IMG/VR virus record: IMGVR_UViG_3300009514_000016
Span: 16,186 to 80,185 of that record
Length of the DNA: 64,000 bases
Source of the DNA: a virus
Strand: one strand, 5' to 3'
A program made the position numbers and the translations under genes. Under the pieces are notes generated by a model. The model did not search any database. It was not told the origin of the DNA and worked only from the letters and a program-made list of their open reading frames with translations. Shown one piece after another: positions 48,762 to 57,711 of the stretch; within the stretch, counting starts at the first letter, position 1, and the number at the start of each line of letters is the position of its first letter.

Positions 48762-49283
48762 ATGAAATACTACACGGGAATCGGCTCAAGAAAAACTCCT
48801 GCGGATGTCCTAAGCAAAATGCAGCAAACCGCCTCTGTGCTCGCCAAGAGAGGATATGTGTTGCGCTCTGGAGGCGCGGATGGCGCTGACTATGCCTTTG
48901 AATGCGGTGCAGCCTCAATAAATCCAAAATTGGTTCATCTCATGTTGCCATGGAAAAACTTCAACGCTAATATCAGGAATAAAGGCGTATTCTGTTTTAT
49001 ATGCGGTGACAACGACAAAATGAGAGAAATTGCGAGTCAAGTTCATCCGGCTTGGGGCAATTGTTCTTATGGAGCGAAAGCGCTGCACACAAGAAATGTT
49101 GCTCAAATCTTGGGGCCAGAATTAGATTGCCCATCGGATTTTGTTATTGCATGGACTGATCAAGGAATGAAAAAAGGCGGGACAAGAACTGCCCTCATGA
49201 TTGCAGAACAAAATAATGTTCCGATATTCAATGTTTTCAATGAGCAAGATAAAAAGAGATTGAAAGAGTTTTTGGGAGAATAA
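48762..49283 (+). CDS. SLOG-superfamily (DprA/Smf-like) phage protein
   Basis: YTGIGSRKTP, LRSGGADGADYAFE, RNVAQILG, GGTRTA...A....VPIFN. Confidence 0.85.
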   Translation: MKYYTGIGSRKTPADVLSKMQQTASVLAKRGYVLRSGGADGADYAFECGAASINPKLVHLMLPWKNFNANIRNKGVFCFICGDNDKMREIASQVHPAWGNCSYGAKALHTRNVAQILGPELDCPSDFVIAWTDQGMKKGGTRTALMIAEQNNVPIFNVFNEQDKKRLKEFLGE

Positions 49284-49286
49284 AAA

Positions 49287-49859
49287 ATGTTGAATCCATT
49301 TTTACTATCTGTTGGGTCTATATTCATAGACAAATACAGTAGATATCAAAAAGTTTTAAGCATCGATAGCCATAATGGTTTTATAGAATTTCAACTCATA
49401 AACGGCACTGGTCCAAAACATAATCATCTGAATTCTGATAAGGGATGGTGGAACTCATGCACTCTAGTGGATGACACTAGCTCTTTAGGAGTAGACCCTT
49501 GGCTATTGAGCCAGGGCGATTTAGTCCACAATGTTCTAACCGGAAAAAAACAAACAGTTCAGACCACTAGTTCAAGTGGCATCATTTTTAAAGAAGACAT
49601 GCACACTCTGGTTGATTTAAATGATCCAGTTTGGCATTACTGCAAACTCGATCTTGACCTAGATTACATGGATTGGGATGATATCATTATTGATCTTAGT
49701 GATATCACAACTATAGAAGAAGAATTAGAAGAATCTCTAAAAACTCCTGAACAAAAGAGCAAAGAGGCTGAAATAGACTTTTTCTTTTTCCCTGAAAAAT
49801 GGGCCGAAAGAGTTAAGAGAAACCAAGAAAAGTACGGCAAGAATAACGATACTTTTTAA
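49287..49859 (+). CDS. Hypothetical protein with two internal repeats
   Basis: [ND]P[FW]LLS.G...Q.V...W..C.L occurs twice. Confidence 0.65.
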   Translation: MLNPFLLSVGSIFIDKYSRYQKVLSIDSHNGFIEFQLINGTGPKHNHLNSDKGWWNSCTLVDDTSSLGVDPWLLSQGDLVHNVLTGKKQTVQTTSSSGIIFKEDMHTLVDLNDPVWHYCKLDLDLDYMDWDDIIIDLSDITTIEEELEESLKTPEQKSKEAEIDFFFFPEKWAERVKRNQEKYGKNNDTF

Positions 49860-51094
49860 AGAGCTGTTTTCAAATAGCCTCGCGCGAAATCCATAATTGC
49901 AAATTCATCATCTGCAATAGATGGGTTATCTAAAATGTGATCTTTAACCAATTGATTCACAGTTCCCAGTATTCTAGGATCTTCCGAAATCGCGGGGAAT
50001 TCATCCATTAGCTGTTTATTGTTTATCTTCGGCTTTTGCAATAAAGAGATAAATTCTTCTGGACTATGAGGCAAATACTCATTGCGATCTAAAATATCTC
50101 TGAATTTAGTTCTCTGATCTGGCCGCAAGAATCCTAGGGCACTAACATTCATTATCGATGATTCAAATAGCTCATAAAGCAAGTCTATGTTTTTATTGTT
50201 TTGCATTTGTCTTTTCAGATAAGTTGCAAATGGTTGATTCTGCGCAATCATTTCTTCAATAACGGAAACTAACCCCAGTCTCTTCATGTCTTGGAACATA
50301 ATATGAGCATTTGGTTCATCCAAAATATTTTCAACCAGTATCGTTCCAATGGCTTCCCATGGAGCATTCTTCATTTTATCAGCATTTCTCATTATAGATT
50401 GTTCAACTTCTGGAGACAGAGTAAATCCATATTTGCCCATGAATTTTATTGCTCTTAAAATTCTTGTTGGGTCGTCTGAAAATGTCACATCTGGATCAGA
50501 CGGAGTTCTCATATTCTTATTATAAAGATCTTTAAGTCCAGTTCCAAGGATATCAATTGTATCGGAAGCATCTGGACCATCATCTAGGTCAGCCATTCTC
50601 CATAACAGAGTGTTGAAAGTGAATTCTCTTCTCAACAAGTCTTCTTGAATTGTTGCTGGTTGAACATCTGTCGGCTTGTATCCCTTGCCTTCGTCATCTT
50701 TTGTTTTGCCATATGACTCTTTGCGGGCGTTGGCTATTTCAATTATTTCTCCATTGAAGTTTTGTCCATCAATAATCCAATCATCTTTGATTGTTACGAT
50801 TGCGACTCCATACTGATTAGTTGCCAAATTGGTTTCAACTGGAATTTCGCTCATAATATTGTGAGCAAGCCAAGCAGAATCTTTCCCTTCTCCCATGGCG
50901 ACGCTGTCAATGACAATATCAATATCTTTTATGGGCTTTCCCAATAGGAAGTTTCGAACTGCCCCTCCAACAACATAAGTATCATTCCCAGCGCCTAATT
51001 TTTTAGTAACTTCTGAAATGAATTTCATCAGAATAATAGATTTCTTGTGTTCATCGACTATGTTTTGCGCGAATTTATGATACCAATTATTCAT
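49856..51094 (-). CDS. cca: CCA-adding tRNA nucleotidyltransferase / poly(A) polymerase family, with N-terminal NWY tag
   Basis: YVVGGAVRNFLLG..IKDIDI, EIANAR.E.Y, EDLLRREFTFNTL, F.DDPTRILRAIKF; probable start MNNWYHKFAQ at 51094 (TAATG overlap with the upstream gene). Confidence 0.9.
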   Translation of the reverse strand: MNNWYHKFAQNIVDEHKKSIILMKFISEVTKKLGAGNDTYVVGGAVRNFLLGKPIKDIDIVIDSVAMGEGKDSAWLAHNIMSEIPVETNLATNQYGVAIVTIKDDWIIDGQNFNGEIIEIANARKESYGKTKDDEGKGYKPTDVQPATIQEDLLRREFTFNTLLWRMADLDDGPDASDTIDILGTGLKDLYNKNMRTPSDPDVTFSDDPTRILRAIKFMGKYGFTLSPEVEQSIMRNADKMKNAPWEAIGTILVENILDEPNAHIMFQDMKRLGLVSVIEEMIAQNQPFATYLKRQMQNNKNIDLLYELFESSIMNVSALGFLRPDQRTKFRDILDRNEYLPHSPEEFISLLQKPKINNKQLMDEFPAISEDPRILGTVNQLVKDHILDNPSIADDEFAIMDFARGYLKTAL

Positions 51095-51561
51095 TATCTC
51101 TTTCTCTGATCCCTCATAAAATCTTCTATAAGTTGTTTGACTTGTTTCCTCCACTCATCATAACTTGTTTTTGAGGCGACTAAAGATTCTTCATAAGTTG
51201 TTTGATCTAGAACCTCAGAAAATTTCATTTCCCCATTATTGCCGCATGCGATATCAAATTTATTAAGCAATCTTTTTCTGGAATTATAAGACAGCAAGTC
51301 AGACAGAGATGTAATTATGGCAATAAATGCATCTGGTTTTTCACAAATATTTATTTGCTCAATGTCGGTTTGAGATTCAATGAACTTTTTATTCCAGTTA
51401 TAGGCGATATAATCCATGTTCTCTGACAATCCTTGTGGTGGACCAATGGGCGCTTTAGGCTCTTTTATAAAACCCACATCGCGTCTAGGTTGAATGGTTC
51501 CCAAATCCGGCTCTGGGGATTCAATGCGTTTTTTCTTTTTGATCTTTTTCTTTTTGGCCAT
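51094..51561 (-). CDS. Hypothetical protein (putative head protein)
   Basis: Lys-rich start MAKKKKIKKKKR; internal YNWNKKFIESQ. Confidence 0.65.
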   Translation of the reverse strand: MAKKKKIKKKKRIESPEPDLGTIQPRRDVGFIKEPKAPIGPPQGLSENMDYIAYNWNKKFIESQTDIEQINICEKPDAFIAIITSLSDLLSYNSRKRLLNKFDIACGNNGEMKFSEVLDQTTYEESLVASKTSYDEWRKQVKQLIEDFMRDQRKR

Positions 51562-51604
51562 AATGATAACAATTGGGAATAAAATCATCTATTCCCTTTA
51601 AAGT

Positions 51605-51630
51605 AAAAGAGCCGGTTACCCGGCTCTTTT
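51605..51630. terminator. Bidirectional rho-independent terminator after hsp20
   Basis: AAAAGAGCCGG-TTAC-CCGGCTCTTTT. Confidence 0.88.
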
Positions 51631-51649
51631 GTTCCTCAGGAAAATCAGA

Positions 51650-52066
51650 TTATTTCGATATTTTGATCTGTTTCAAAACAGGTTTCTCTTCTTCTTTTTT
51701 ATTCACTCTCAACTTCAACACTCCATTTTTGCAAGTTGCAACCAAAGTATCAATATCTGCATCTGATGGAAAATTATACTTGTAATAGTGCGATCTTGAT
51801 TCTAAGGTTTCTTCTGAGCTTTTTGCACTTACTTCAACATGAGATTCACCGCATTTTATCTCAATGTCTTCATCAGAAACTCCTGGCACATCTAGGTTCA
51901 TATAGTAATAATGCCCTGGACACTCTCCTAAGTCTTGAATCTCTTTCCAATAGTGAGATTTCAAAATACTCTTGTCTTCCAACATGTGTTTTGCGCCAGA
52001 ATAAGCCCCATGCCAAATCTTATCAAAATCACTCCAAAGTTTATGCCACATACTCGAATGAAACAT
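51650..52066 (-). CDS. Small heat-shock protein Hsp20 (alpha-crystallin domain)
   Basis: LDVPGVSDEDIEI, FPSDADIDTLVATCKNGVLKLRVNK, C-terminal IKI motif. Confidence 0.9.
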   Translation of the reverse strand: MFHSSMWHKLWSDFDKIWHGAYSGAKHMLEDKSILKSHYWKEIQDLGECPGHYYYMNLDVPGVSDEDIEIKCGESHVEVSAKSSEETLESRSHYYKYNFPSDADIDTLVATCKNGVLKLRVNKKEEEKPVLKQIKISK

Positions 52067-52132
52067 AATAATTCTCCTTATAAATAGTCTTTATGCCAAA
52101 ACGGCATACATAAATGTCATAATAACATGAAT

Positions 52133-52148
52133 AGCAAGCGGTGTGCCA
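52133..52148 (-). promoter_or_regulatory. Sigma54 (RpoN) -24/-12 promoter of hsp20
   Basis: Minus strand TGGCAC-ACCGC-TTGCT, an exact match to TGGCAC-N5-TTGCW, about 67 nt upstream of the ATG. Confidence 0.8.
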
Positions 52149-52154
52149 AATCAA

Positions 52155-52955
52155 TCAGATTTCTAGTTTTGCGAAATCTTGTTCACAATTCCCTATGGAT
52201 TTCATGATTTTTTTAATATATCTGTTGTAGGCGTTCAGGTATTTTTTCATTAAATACGTTTCGCATATTTCCAGATAGCGATCATTTTTGATGTCATATA
52301 TTTTTTTAGACTTACCTTTTTGCATAATTTTAAATCTGTTAATGAATAGTTCTGGCCTGTCCAAGAACGGAATTATATTAGCAAACTCATCTTTCCCATA
52401 AGGGAAACCGCTTATATTCCGCTTCATCCACACGCCGCTATGTTTATTGAAACACTCGAAAGTATGAATAGAGTATCCGGTGCCTTCTCCGTAAGAAATA
52501 GTCCTGTTATTAGAGCATACTCTGAATTTTTGAGCATCAAAAGATATTTTGTTAAATTTCTTGCCAAACTCTTTTCCAAAATTCCTTTCGATAAACATGT
52601 AAAACTCTTTGGGAATGCTTAAAAAGAATTTATCGGTTCTGTTGATCTTTTCTGGTTTGACTTTAGCGCGGTACTCACATTCATATGCAACGTAATATTC
52701 TTCTTTGTCGATATAATCGCTGCAAAGAGAAATAGAGTCAATATCTTTTCTGAAATTTGCTCCTTCATAGAGTTCCGTGAATGTTTCTCTACTTCCGTCT
52801 CTGCCCATGCTGTCATTCAACAAATACGTCATCAAGTCATGAATATCATATGAAACTACAAACACATATTCAATTCCAGACTCGTCTTTGAAACCAATCT
52901 TGATTGAATTGCTTGTGTAGTGTCGGCCATCGAAAAATGTCCATTCTTTTTTCAT
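52155..52955 (-). CDS. Hypothetical protein with LEI tag; probable paralogue of 52957..53691
   Basis: Start MKKEWTFFDG; ends DFAKLEI. Confidence 0.7.
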   Translation of the reverse strand: MKKEWTFFDGRHYTSNSIKIGFKDESGIEYVFVVSYDIHDLMTYLLNDSMGRDGSRETFTELYEGANFRKDIDSISLCSDYIDKEEYYVAYECEYRAKVKPEKINRTDKFFLSIPKEFYMFIERNFGKEFGKKFNKISFDAQKFRVCSNNRTISYGEGTGYSIHTFECFNKHSGVWMKRNISGFPYGKDEFANIIPFLDRPELFINRFKIMQKGKSKKIYDIKNDRYLEICETYLMKKYLNAYNRYIKKIMKSIGNCEQDFAKLEI

Positions 52956-52956
52956 A

Positions 52957-53691
52957 TTACAATTCCAAGAGAGAGTATTCTTTTTCTGTTGGGGCAGCAA
53001 CCCGATTTATGGCGTTGTATTTACACATAATAATTGCGTTCATAGGCGAATTCTTCTCATAAACCCATGCATGTTGGATTTTATCTGATTTAGGCGACAC
53101 AATAGCTGCGCCACTATCCCTTTTAATGCAAATCTCAAATAGCTCTTCAAAAACTTGATCATTCCAATAACTCAGAAACATATGCGCTGAAGGCTCTCTT
53201 CGCACAGGGTAAAACCTATAAATAACATTTTTGTTGTCAACTACATAGTATGAATCGTCTGTCGGACACTGATAAATTTTGTCGTAGAATATTTTCCTGT
53301 CTTCATTAAAGTGCTTGCCAATCGACTCTCCGCATATATTGGATAAATCATCGTAAGTTGCTTTTGCTATCTTACTGGACAATTTCCCTTTTGGCCCTTC
53401 ACCACTAACGCTATATTTCTTCCCATCCTTAGTGATTGCGATGCTTTTAGGGTTGATCTCGCTGAATATTGATTGCTTTGTAGCCGTTTTAATTTTCTTA
53501 CCTTTAATCTGAGATTCGTCACGTTCAACATCGCCATAAATTGCTTTGATGAACAAATTTATAGATAAAGCTGATTGCATAAAATAATACTGACTTAGAA
53601 CCCCCATTTCCTCATCGCATTGATCACCAACAACGAAAAGCGGTCCAGCATGCAAATAGCTTCCATCAAATTCAAAATATTTATCCGACAT
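52957..53691 (-). CDS. Hypothetical protein with LEL tag
   Basis: MSDKYFEFDG start, G..[FI]GK.FN and KY.NA.NR blocks shared with 52155; ends EYSLLEL. Confidence 0.7.
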   Translation of the reverse strand: MSDKYFEFDGSYLHAGPLFVVGDQCDEEMGVLSQYYFMQSALSINLFIKAIYGDVERDESQIKGKKIKTATKQSIFSEINPKSIAITKDGKKYSVSGEGPKGKLSSKIAKATYDDLSNICGESIGKHFNEDRKIFYDKIYQCPTDDSYYVVDNKNVIYRFYPVRREPSAHMFLSYWNDQVFEELFEICIKRDSGAAIVSPKSDKIQHAWVYEKNSPMNAIIMCKYNAINRVAAPTEKEYSLLEL

Positions 53692-54493
53692 CTGTAAACA
53701 TTCCTATTTTGGATCTGATCTCAGCAAAATAATCATCGTCTCTTTCGATGAGAACAAATCTTCTTCCCAAATCTATTGCCGCCTCTCCAACAGTTCCAGA
53801 GCCACCAAATGGGTCTAAAACAATATCATTCTTAAAAGAATATAATTCAATAACATCCTTTGCCAACTCATGAGGAAAAACAGCCGGATGATTTTTATCT
53901 GATCTTGGATTGATTTTCCACACATTTGTTGAATTGTATTCGCCGCTTATTTTGGATTCTTCAACCATATTCTGATCAGGATGTCTTTTTACAAACCACT
54001 CAACTAACTTGTCGCTAGATTTCCTGTAAACCATAACATATTCAGTTATCGGAATTGTCTTATACTGCATCGGTTTTCTGTCAACAGCAAATCTTCTTCC
54101 CCTGCCACACCCCGCCCCTTCCGGTTTCAACCATATAATATCGTCTATAAATTCAAAATCCGCATCCATAAACAATTTATGAATATCAAATGGGATTGCC
54201 AGTCTTTTGGATGATTTGCTTCTGTTTTCTCTTGCCACTATGACATGAGAAGTGTTCATTATGAAAAACTTTCCATCCATCAAAACTCTTTGGCATTCCA
54301 AAATTAAATCATTTATAAAAGCGAGATAATCTGGATATGATTTGTATTCAGCATATTCCGGTCTTGCATTGAAATATGGCGGGGAAGTAAAAATTAAATC
54401 AACACTCTGATCAGGAAGTTTCTTTAACTCATCCAGACAATCTCCATGTATTATGGAATTTTTTAGATTTGATACAATATATTTATTCACCAT
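53681..54493 (-). CDS. DNA methyltransferase, beta class (probably N4-cytosine)
   Basis: IIHGDCL, DLIFTSPPY, HPAVFP, VLDPFGGSGTVG. Confidence 0.93.
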   Translation of the reverse strand: MVNKYIVSNLKNSIIHGDCLDELKKLPDQSVDLIFTSPPYFNARPEYAEYKSYPDYLAFINDLILECQRVLMDGKFFIMNTSHVIVARENRSKSSKRLAIPFDIHKLFMDADFEFIDDIIWLKPEGAGCGRGRRFAVDRKPMQYKTIPITEYVMVYRKSSDKLVEWFVKRHPDQNMVEESKISGEYNSTNVWKINPRSDKNHPAVFPHELAKDVIELYSFKNDIVLDPFGGSGTVGEAAIDLGRRFVLIERDDDYFAEIRSKIGMFTDVG

Positions 54494-54530
54494 AGCGATA
54501 TATTATACCGCACAAAGATAAAATTGGCAA

Positions 54531-54929
54531 TTATATTTCTAGTTCTGAGAACCTTTTCATTGGGTCATACAATTTCGATATAACTTCTTTTTTATGGGCA
54601 TCTAAATTAGGATATTCAACACCGTGAATAAAATATCTGTGCTTTCCTGATGGCGTTATAATGGCGGGGCCATCCTCTCTGTGATATTGCTCATTAAAAT
54701 AGTAAGCAATGAAACCATCGGCGCATACAACGGCAGGCCCATCTTCTCTATGAAGTTGTCCCCATTTATTTTTCCATTCTTTTCTGAATTCTCCATTGGA
54801 AAACAAAATATACTTGCCAACCATTTTGCGAGCATAAGTTTCATTAGAATTAATAACTAATGGCTGTGCTTCATCAATATATATGGTTTCAGGGTATTTG
54901 CTAGAGTTGTTATACGACGTTATCTTCAT
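54531..54929 (-). CDS. HREDGPA-repeat protein with LEI tag
   Basis: Two HREDGPA repeats; ends RFSELEI. Confidence 0.75.
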   Translation of the reverse strand: MKITSYNNSSKYPETIYIDEAQPLVINSNETYARKMVGKYILFSNGEFRKEWKNKWGQLHREDGPAVVCADGFIAYYFNEQYHREDGPAIITPSGKHRYFIHGVEYPNLDAHKKEVISKLYDPMKRFSELEI

Positions 54930-54966
54930 AGCGCCATATTCTAAAAAATATTACTTTCTCCTAGTT

Positions 54967-55473
54967 CTATCTCGGCATGGGGTACTTTTGATCCCATTCA
55001 TATTGCGCTATATCTCTAGCCCTAGAAACATCTGCAAACAAATCTAGGTGGTCTGCATCGACATCGCCGTACAGACGATAGGAAAAGAAATGATGCAATT
55101 CATGAGCCAGCGCCCAAAGAACACTGTTAGAGTAAGGAACATTATAGATTCTTATTCGGTTATGCCAAGTGCTATAATTCGCCCCGCAATAGCCTGTAGA
55201 AGTATAGGGGCATGACACACGACCATAATCATTGATGATGATTCTAATATTTGGAGTTGGGATGGGCAACTTTGATTTTGCAACTTGATTAGGATATAGC
55301 TCTCTGACAAAAACCCCAAATATAAAATCTATCTGCTCTGCGAGATTTCTTTCTATGGCCCAGTCCGGGGCTTCATAATCAATATTCCAGATTGGCGTTC
55401 TGTGATCATATCTTTCACATCCAGTCACAAATAAAAACAATAAAAGTAAAGTTAATTTAGTTTTCCATTTCAT
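54967..55473 (-). CDS. Lipoprotein with zincin HExxH motif
   Basis: Signal peptide with lipobox FVTGC; ALAHELHH. Confidence 0.7.
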   Translation of the reverse strand: MKWKTKLTLLLLFLFVTGCERYDHRTPIWNIDYEAPDWAIERNLAEQIDFIFGVFVRELYPNQVAKSKLPIPTPNIRIIINDYGRVSCPYTSTGYCGANYSTWHNRIRIYNVPYSNSVLWALAHELHHFFSYRLYGDVDADHLDLFADVSRARDIAQYEWDQKYPMPR

Positions 55474-56014
55474 ACATCATCCTAAACTTACTAGATATTC
55501 TCCATAAATTCAATCCAAGTCTTTTGGGGGAAGGTTTAGCGGAATGTAGGTTTTTACAGTTAAATTGCCATACAGACCCTGGGATCAAATTTACTGATTT
55601 AATTCCAGTTTCTTTTTCTTTAGTCCAAGTAAACCCCTTATACCCCAATCTGTATTCAAATTCACATTCCCCAATAAGATTTATCCCCCAACTTTCATAG
55701 TCGGCATAGCTATCATCTCTGTGAGGATTGATGCCGATACCACTTTTCCCGCTCCAAGTTAGAAGCCCAATTTCAGGCTGCCAATCTGAAAATTCTTTTA
55801 TAACATCTTGAGACCAAGAAAGAATTTTATTTGCAGTTTCTGAATCTGGCGCAGAGAAAAATTTTCTCTCATTAAGAGACCATTCTCTGCCAAGCCATAC
55901 TCTTTTTCTCCCTTTGGCATATGAACTAACATCCTCATTCATGTGGGGATACATTTTTCTGCATGTATCTATCATTTCTTCAGGCACAGAAATAGGACCG
56001 TATATATTCAGCAT
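55457..56014 (-). CDS. 2OG-Fe(II) dioxygenase (AlkB-like)
   Basis: INPHRDD (HxD), LHSA (distal His), RLGLNLWR. Confidence 0.7.
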   Translation of the reverse strand: MLNIYGPISVPEEMIDTCRKMYPHMNEDVSSYAKGRKRVWLGREWSLNERKFFSAPDSETANKILSWSQDVIKEFSDWQPEIGLLTWSGKSGIGINPHRDDSYADYESWGINLIGECEFEYRLGYKGFTWTKEKETGIKSVNLIPGSVWQFNCKNLHSAKPSPKRLGLNLWRISSKFRMMYEMEN

Positions 56015-56710
56015 CTATATTTCCAATCCAGAATAAGTTTCGTCAACTTCTTCTTCTCTTTCGCATTTTTTCTTGGCCTTTTTCTTTGATTTTTTCTTTC
56101 CACCTTTAAAAAGATCAGGTCTGTTTTCTTTGCGATAGGGAGTAAGTTCTTTCAAAACATCAAAATACTTTGGATCAGTTAAGAATGTTATTTCCTCTAA
56201 TATCCCTAATGCTGCATCTTTCTTTTTTTGTTCCTCATATAGCGCGTAGACATTATCCGCTATAACAGATGAAATTACAGAGCATGGATTGCGATAAGAT
56301 AGATGGATTACACTTGTCTCTGGCGGGCAGAATTGCCATCTATCTTTTGCAGGATCAGTAAGAGCATTTTCTATGTCCTTCTCAATATTTTCTTCTCCGA
56401 CCCCCTTGTAGAGATCCCATCTTAACGTAAAAGCCAATCCGCATTTCGCCCAAAAAACATTTGATCCAACATGTAAAACACCGTTTGAGCTTTGATTGCA
56501 CACAGACATATTCATTGAGGAAAAACACCAAGGACATCCATCTCGAAATATCTTTGATACATTATGGATGTACTTGTAATTTTTACATTTGTCACATATC
56601 TTGTCTTTGACTAGGTATGCCGAAAAATCAAAATATTTTCCTGGATCTCCTTTACATAACTCGCAATCATATGGAACTCTCAACGGCTCGGGCATTAATG
56701 CGGTTTTCAT
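56015..56710 (-). CDS. Cys-rich Zn-binding protein with LEI tag
   Basis: CELC, CDKC, CPWC; ends TYSGLEI; GGAG SD. Confidence 0.7.
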   Translation of the reverse strand: MKTALMPEPLRVPYDCELCKGDPGKYFDFSAYLVKDKICDKCKNYKYIHNVSKIFRDGCPWCFSSMNMSVCNQSSNGVLHVGSNVFWAKCGLAFTLRWDLYKGVGEENIEKDIENALTDPAKDRWQFCPPETSVIHLSYRNPCSVISSVIADNVYALYEEQKKKDAALGILEEITFLTDPKYFDVLKELTPYRKENRPDLFKGGKKKSKKKAKKKCEREEEVDETYSGLEI

Positions 56711-56711
56711 C

Positions 56712-57128
56712 TCAATTCTCCAAATCACTCAAAATCTTGTTAACCAAATGCCAACACATAGTAACGCATTTGACTCTCATTGGGTATTCTCTTACTCCTG
56801 AGAAAACCATGAGTTTTTCATCTTCAATATCTCCATCATTAGTCAACATCCCATGGAATTTTTCAAATATATTTTTAATATCACTAACGCTCATGCCTTT
56901 AAGCTTCTCTGTCATGATGGACGCCGACGCCGTGGACAGGGCACATCCGCTGCCTGTGAAGTTAACTTGCGAGACTGTGTCGTTTTCTAATGATAACCAT
57001 AATTGAATTTTATCACCACATAAGCGATTATGTTCAGATCCACAGTGTGTATACTTTGATGGTTCACTGAAATTACGCGGATTATTATTGTGATCAATAA
57101 TCACTTCACGGTATAAATCGTCAATCAT
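56712..57128 (-). CDS. sufU: SufU/NifU-type Fe-S cluster scaffold
   Basis: LYREVIIDHNNNPRN, NRLCGDKI, FTGSGCALSTASASIM, FSGVREYPMRVKCVTMCWH. Confidence 0.92.
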   Translation of the reverse strand: MIDDLYREVIIDHNNNPRNFSEPSKYTHCGSEHNRLCGDKIQLWLSLENDTVSQVNFTGSGCALSTASASIMTEKLKGMSVSDIKNIFEKFHGMLTNDGDIEDEKLMVFSGVREYPMRVKCVTMCWHLVNKILSDLEN

Positions 57129-57184
57129 CAAATATTATACCCGAGATTCGGGTGCGGCAAATATTAAAATCTAATTACATGTAG

Positions 57185-57625
57185 TTATTCAGAAAGCGCA
57201 GCAGCCGGAGCGTTTTCCATAAGTTGAATTTCATTTAGAGCTTCATCAACTGTGGTTTTGAATGGAATTCCATAGCTTTCCTCATATCCTTCCATATAGG
57301 TTTTTGCTTTTTCAAGATCTCTTTTCAATGTTGTCATATCTATTGCTTTGTTGCGATATGCATAAATACTCTCAATAACATGGTTAATCCATCCAACAAT
57401 ATCTTGTTGATGAGAGCCGAATAGCCCACTCATCAATCCAGAGTCATCTGCCCATTGCCTTCCTCGCAATCCAATTAATTTGCCCAAAACCTCGTCAATC
57501 CTGCCGCCATCGCTCATCGCGCAGATGATATTATCAATCTCTTCAGAAATCTCAAACATTCCAATTTTATCTAGTTTGTCAGCTATTTTCGCAAGTTTTT
57601 CTGCAAATGTTTTTGTGGTTGCCAT
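57185..57625 (-). CDS. Putative head protein with LxKIAxKLD motif
   Basis: EKLAKIADKLDKIGMFEISEEIDNII; late-type promoter upstream. Confidence 0.65.
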   Translation of the reverse strand: MATTKTFAEKLAKIADKLDKIGMFEISEEIDNIICAMSDGGRIDEVLGKLIGLRGRQWADDSGLMSGLFGSHQQDIVGWINHVIESIYAYRNKAIDMTTLKRDLEKAKTYMEGYEESYGIPFKTTVDEALNEIQLMENAPAAALSE

Positions 57626-57711
57626 GTAATAATGATCCTAAAATTCGAACTATATGGTTCAATTTTAGATTATTGCTAATGATTTCCTTTCAATATTTTT
57701 GGCGCAAAATA

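Noticed and set aside
56712-56732. SufU ending ILSDLEN, 55457 ending YEMEN and 60698 ending NPKEI as LEI tags
   Set aside because: They lack the terminal hydrophobic residue or the Leu/aromatic positions; not counted.
41063-57128. Bacterial chromosome or prophage flank, given groEL/groES, sufU, cca and hsp20
   Set aside because: These genes are interleaved with phage-type ORFs carrying the same tags and promoters and lack their usual bacterial operon partners.
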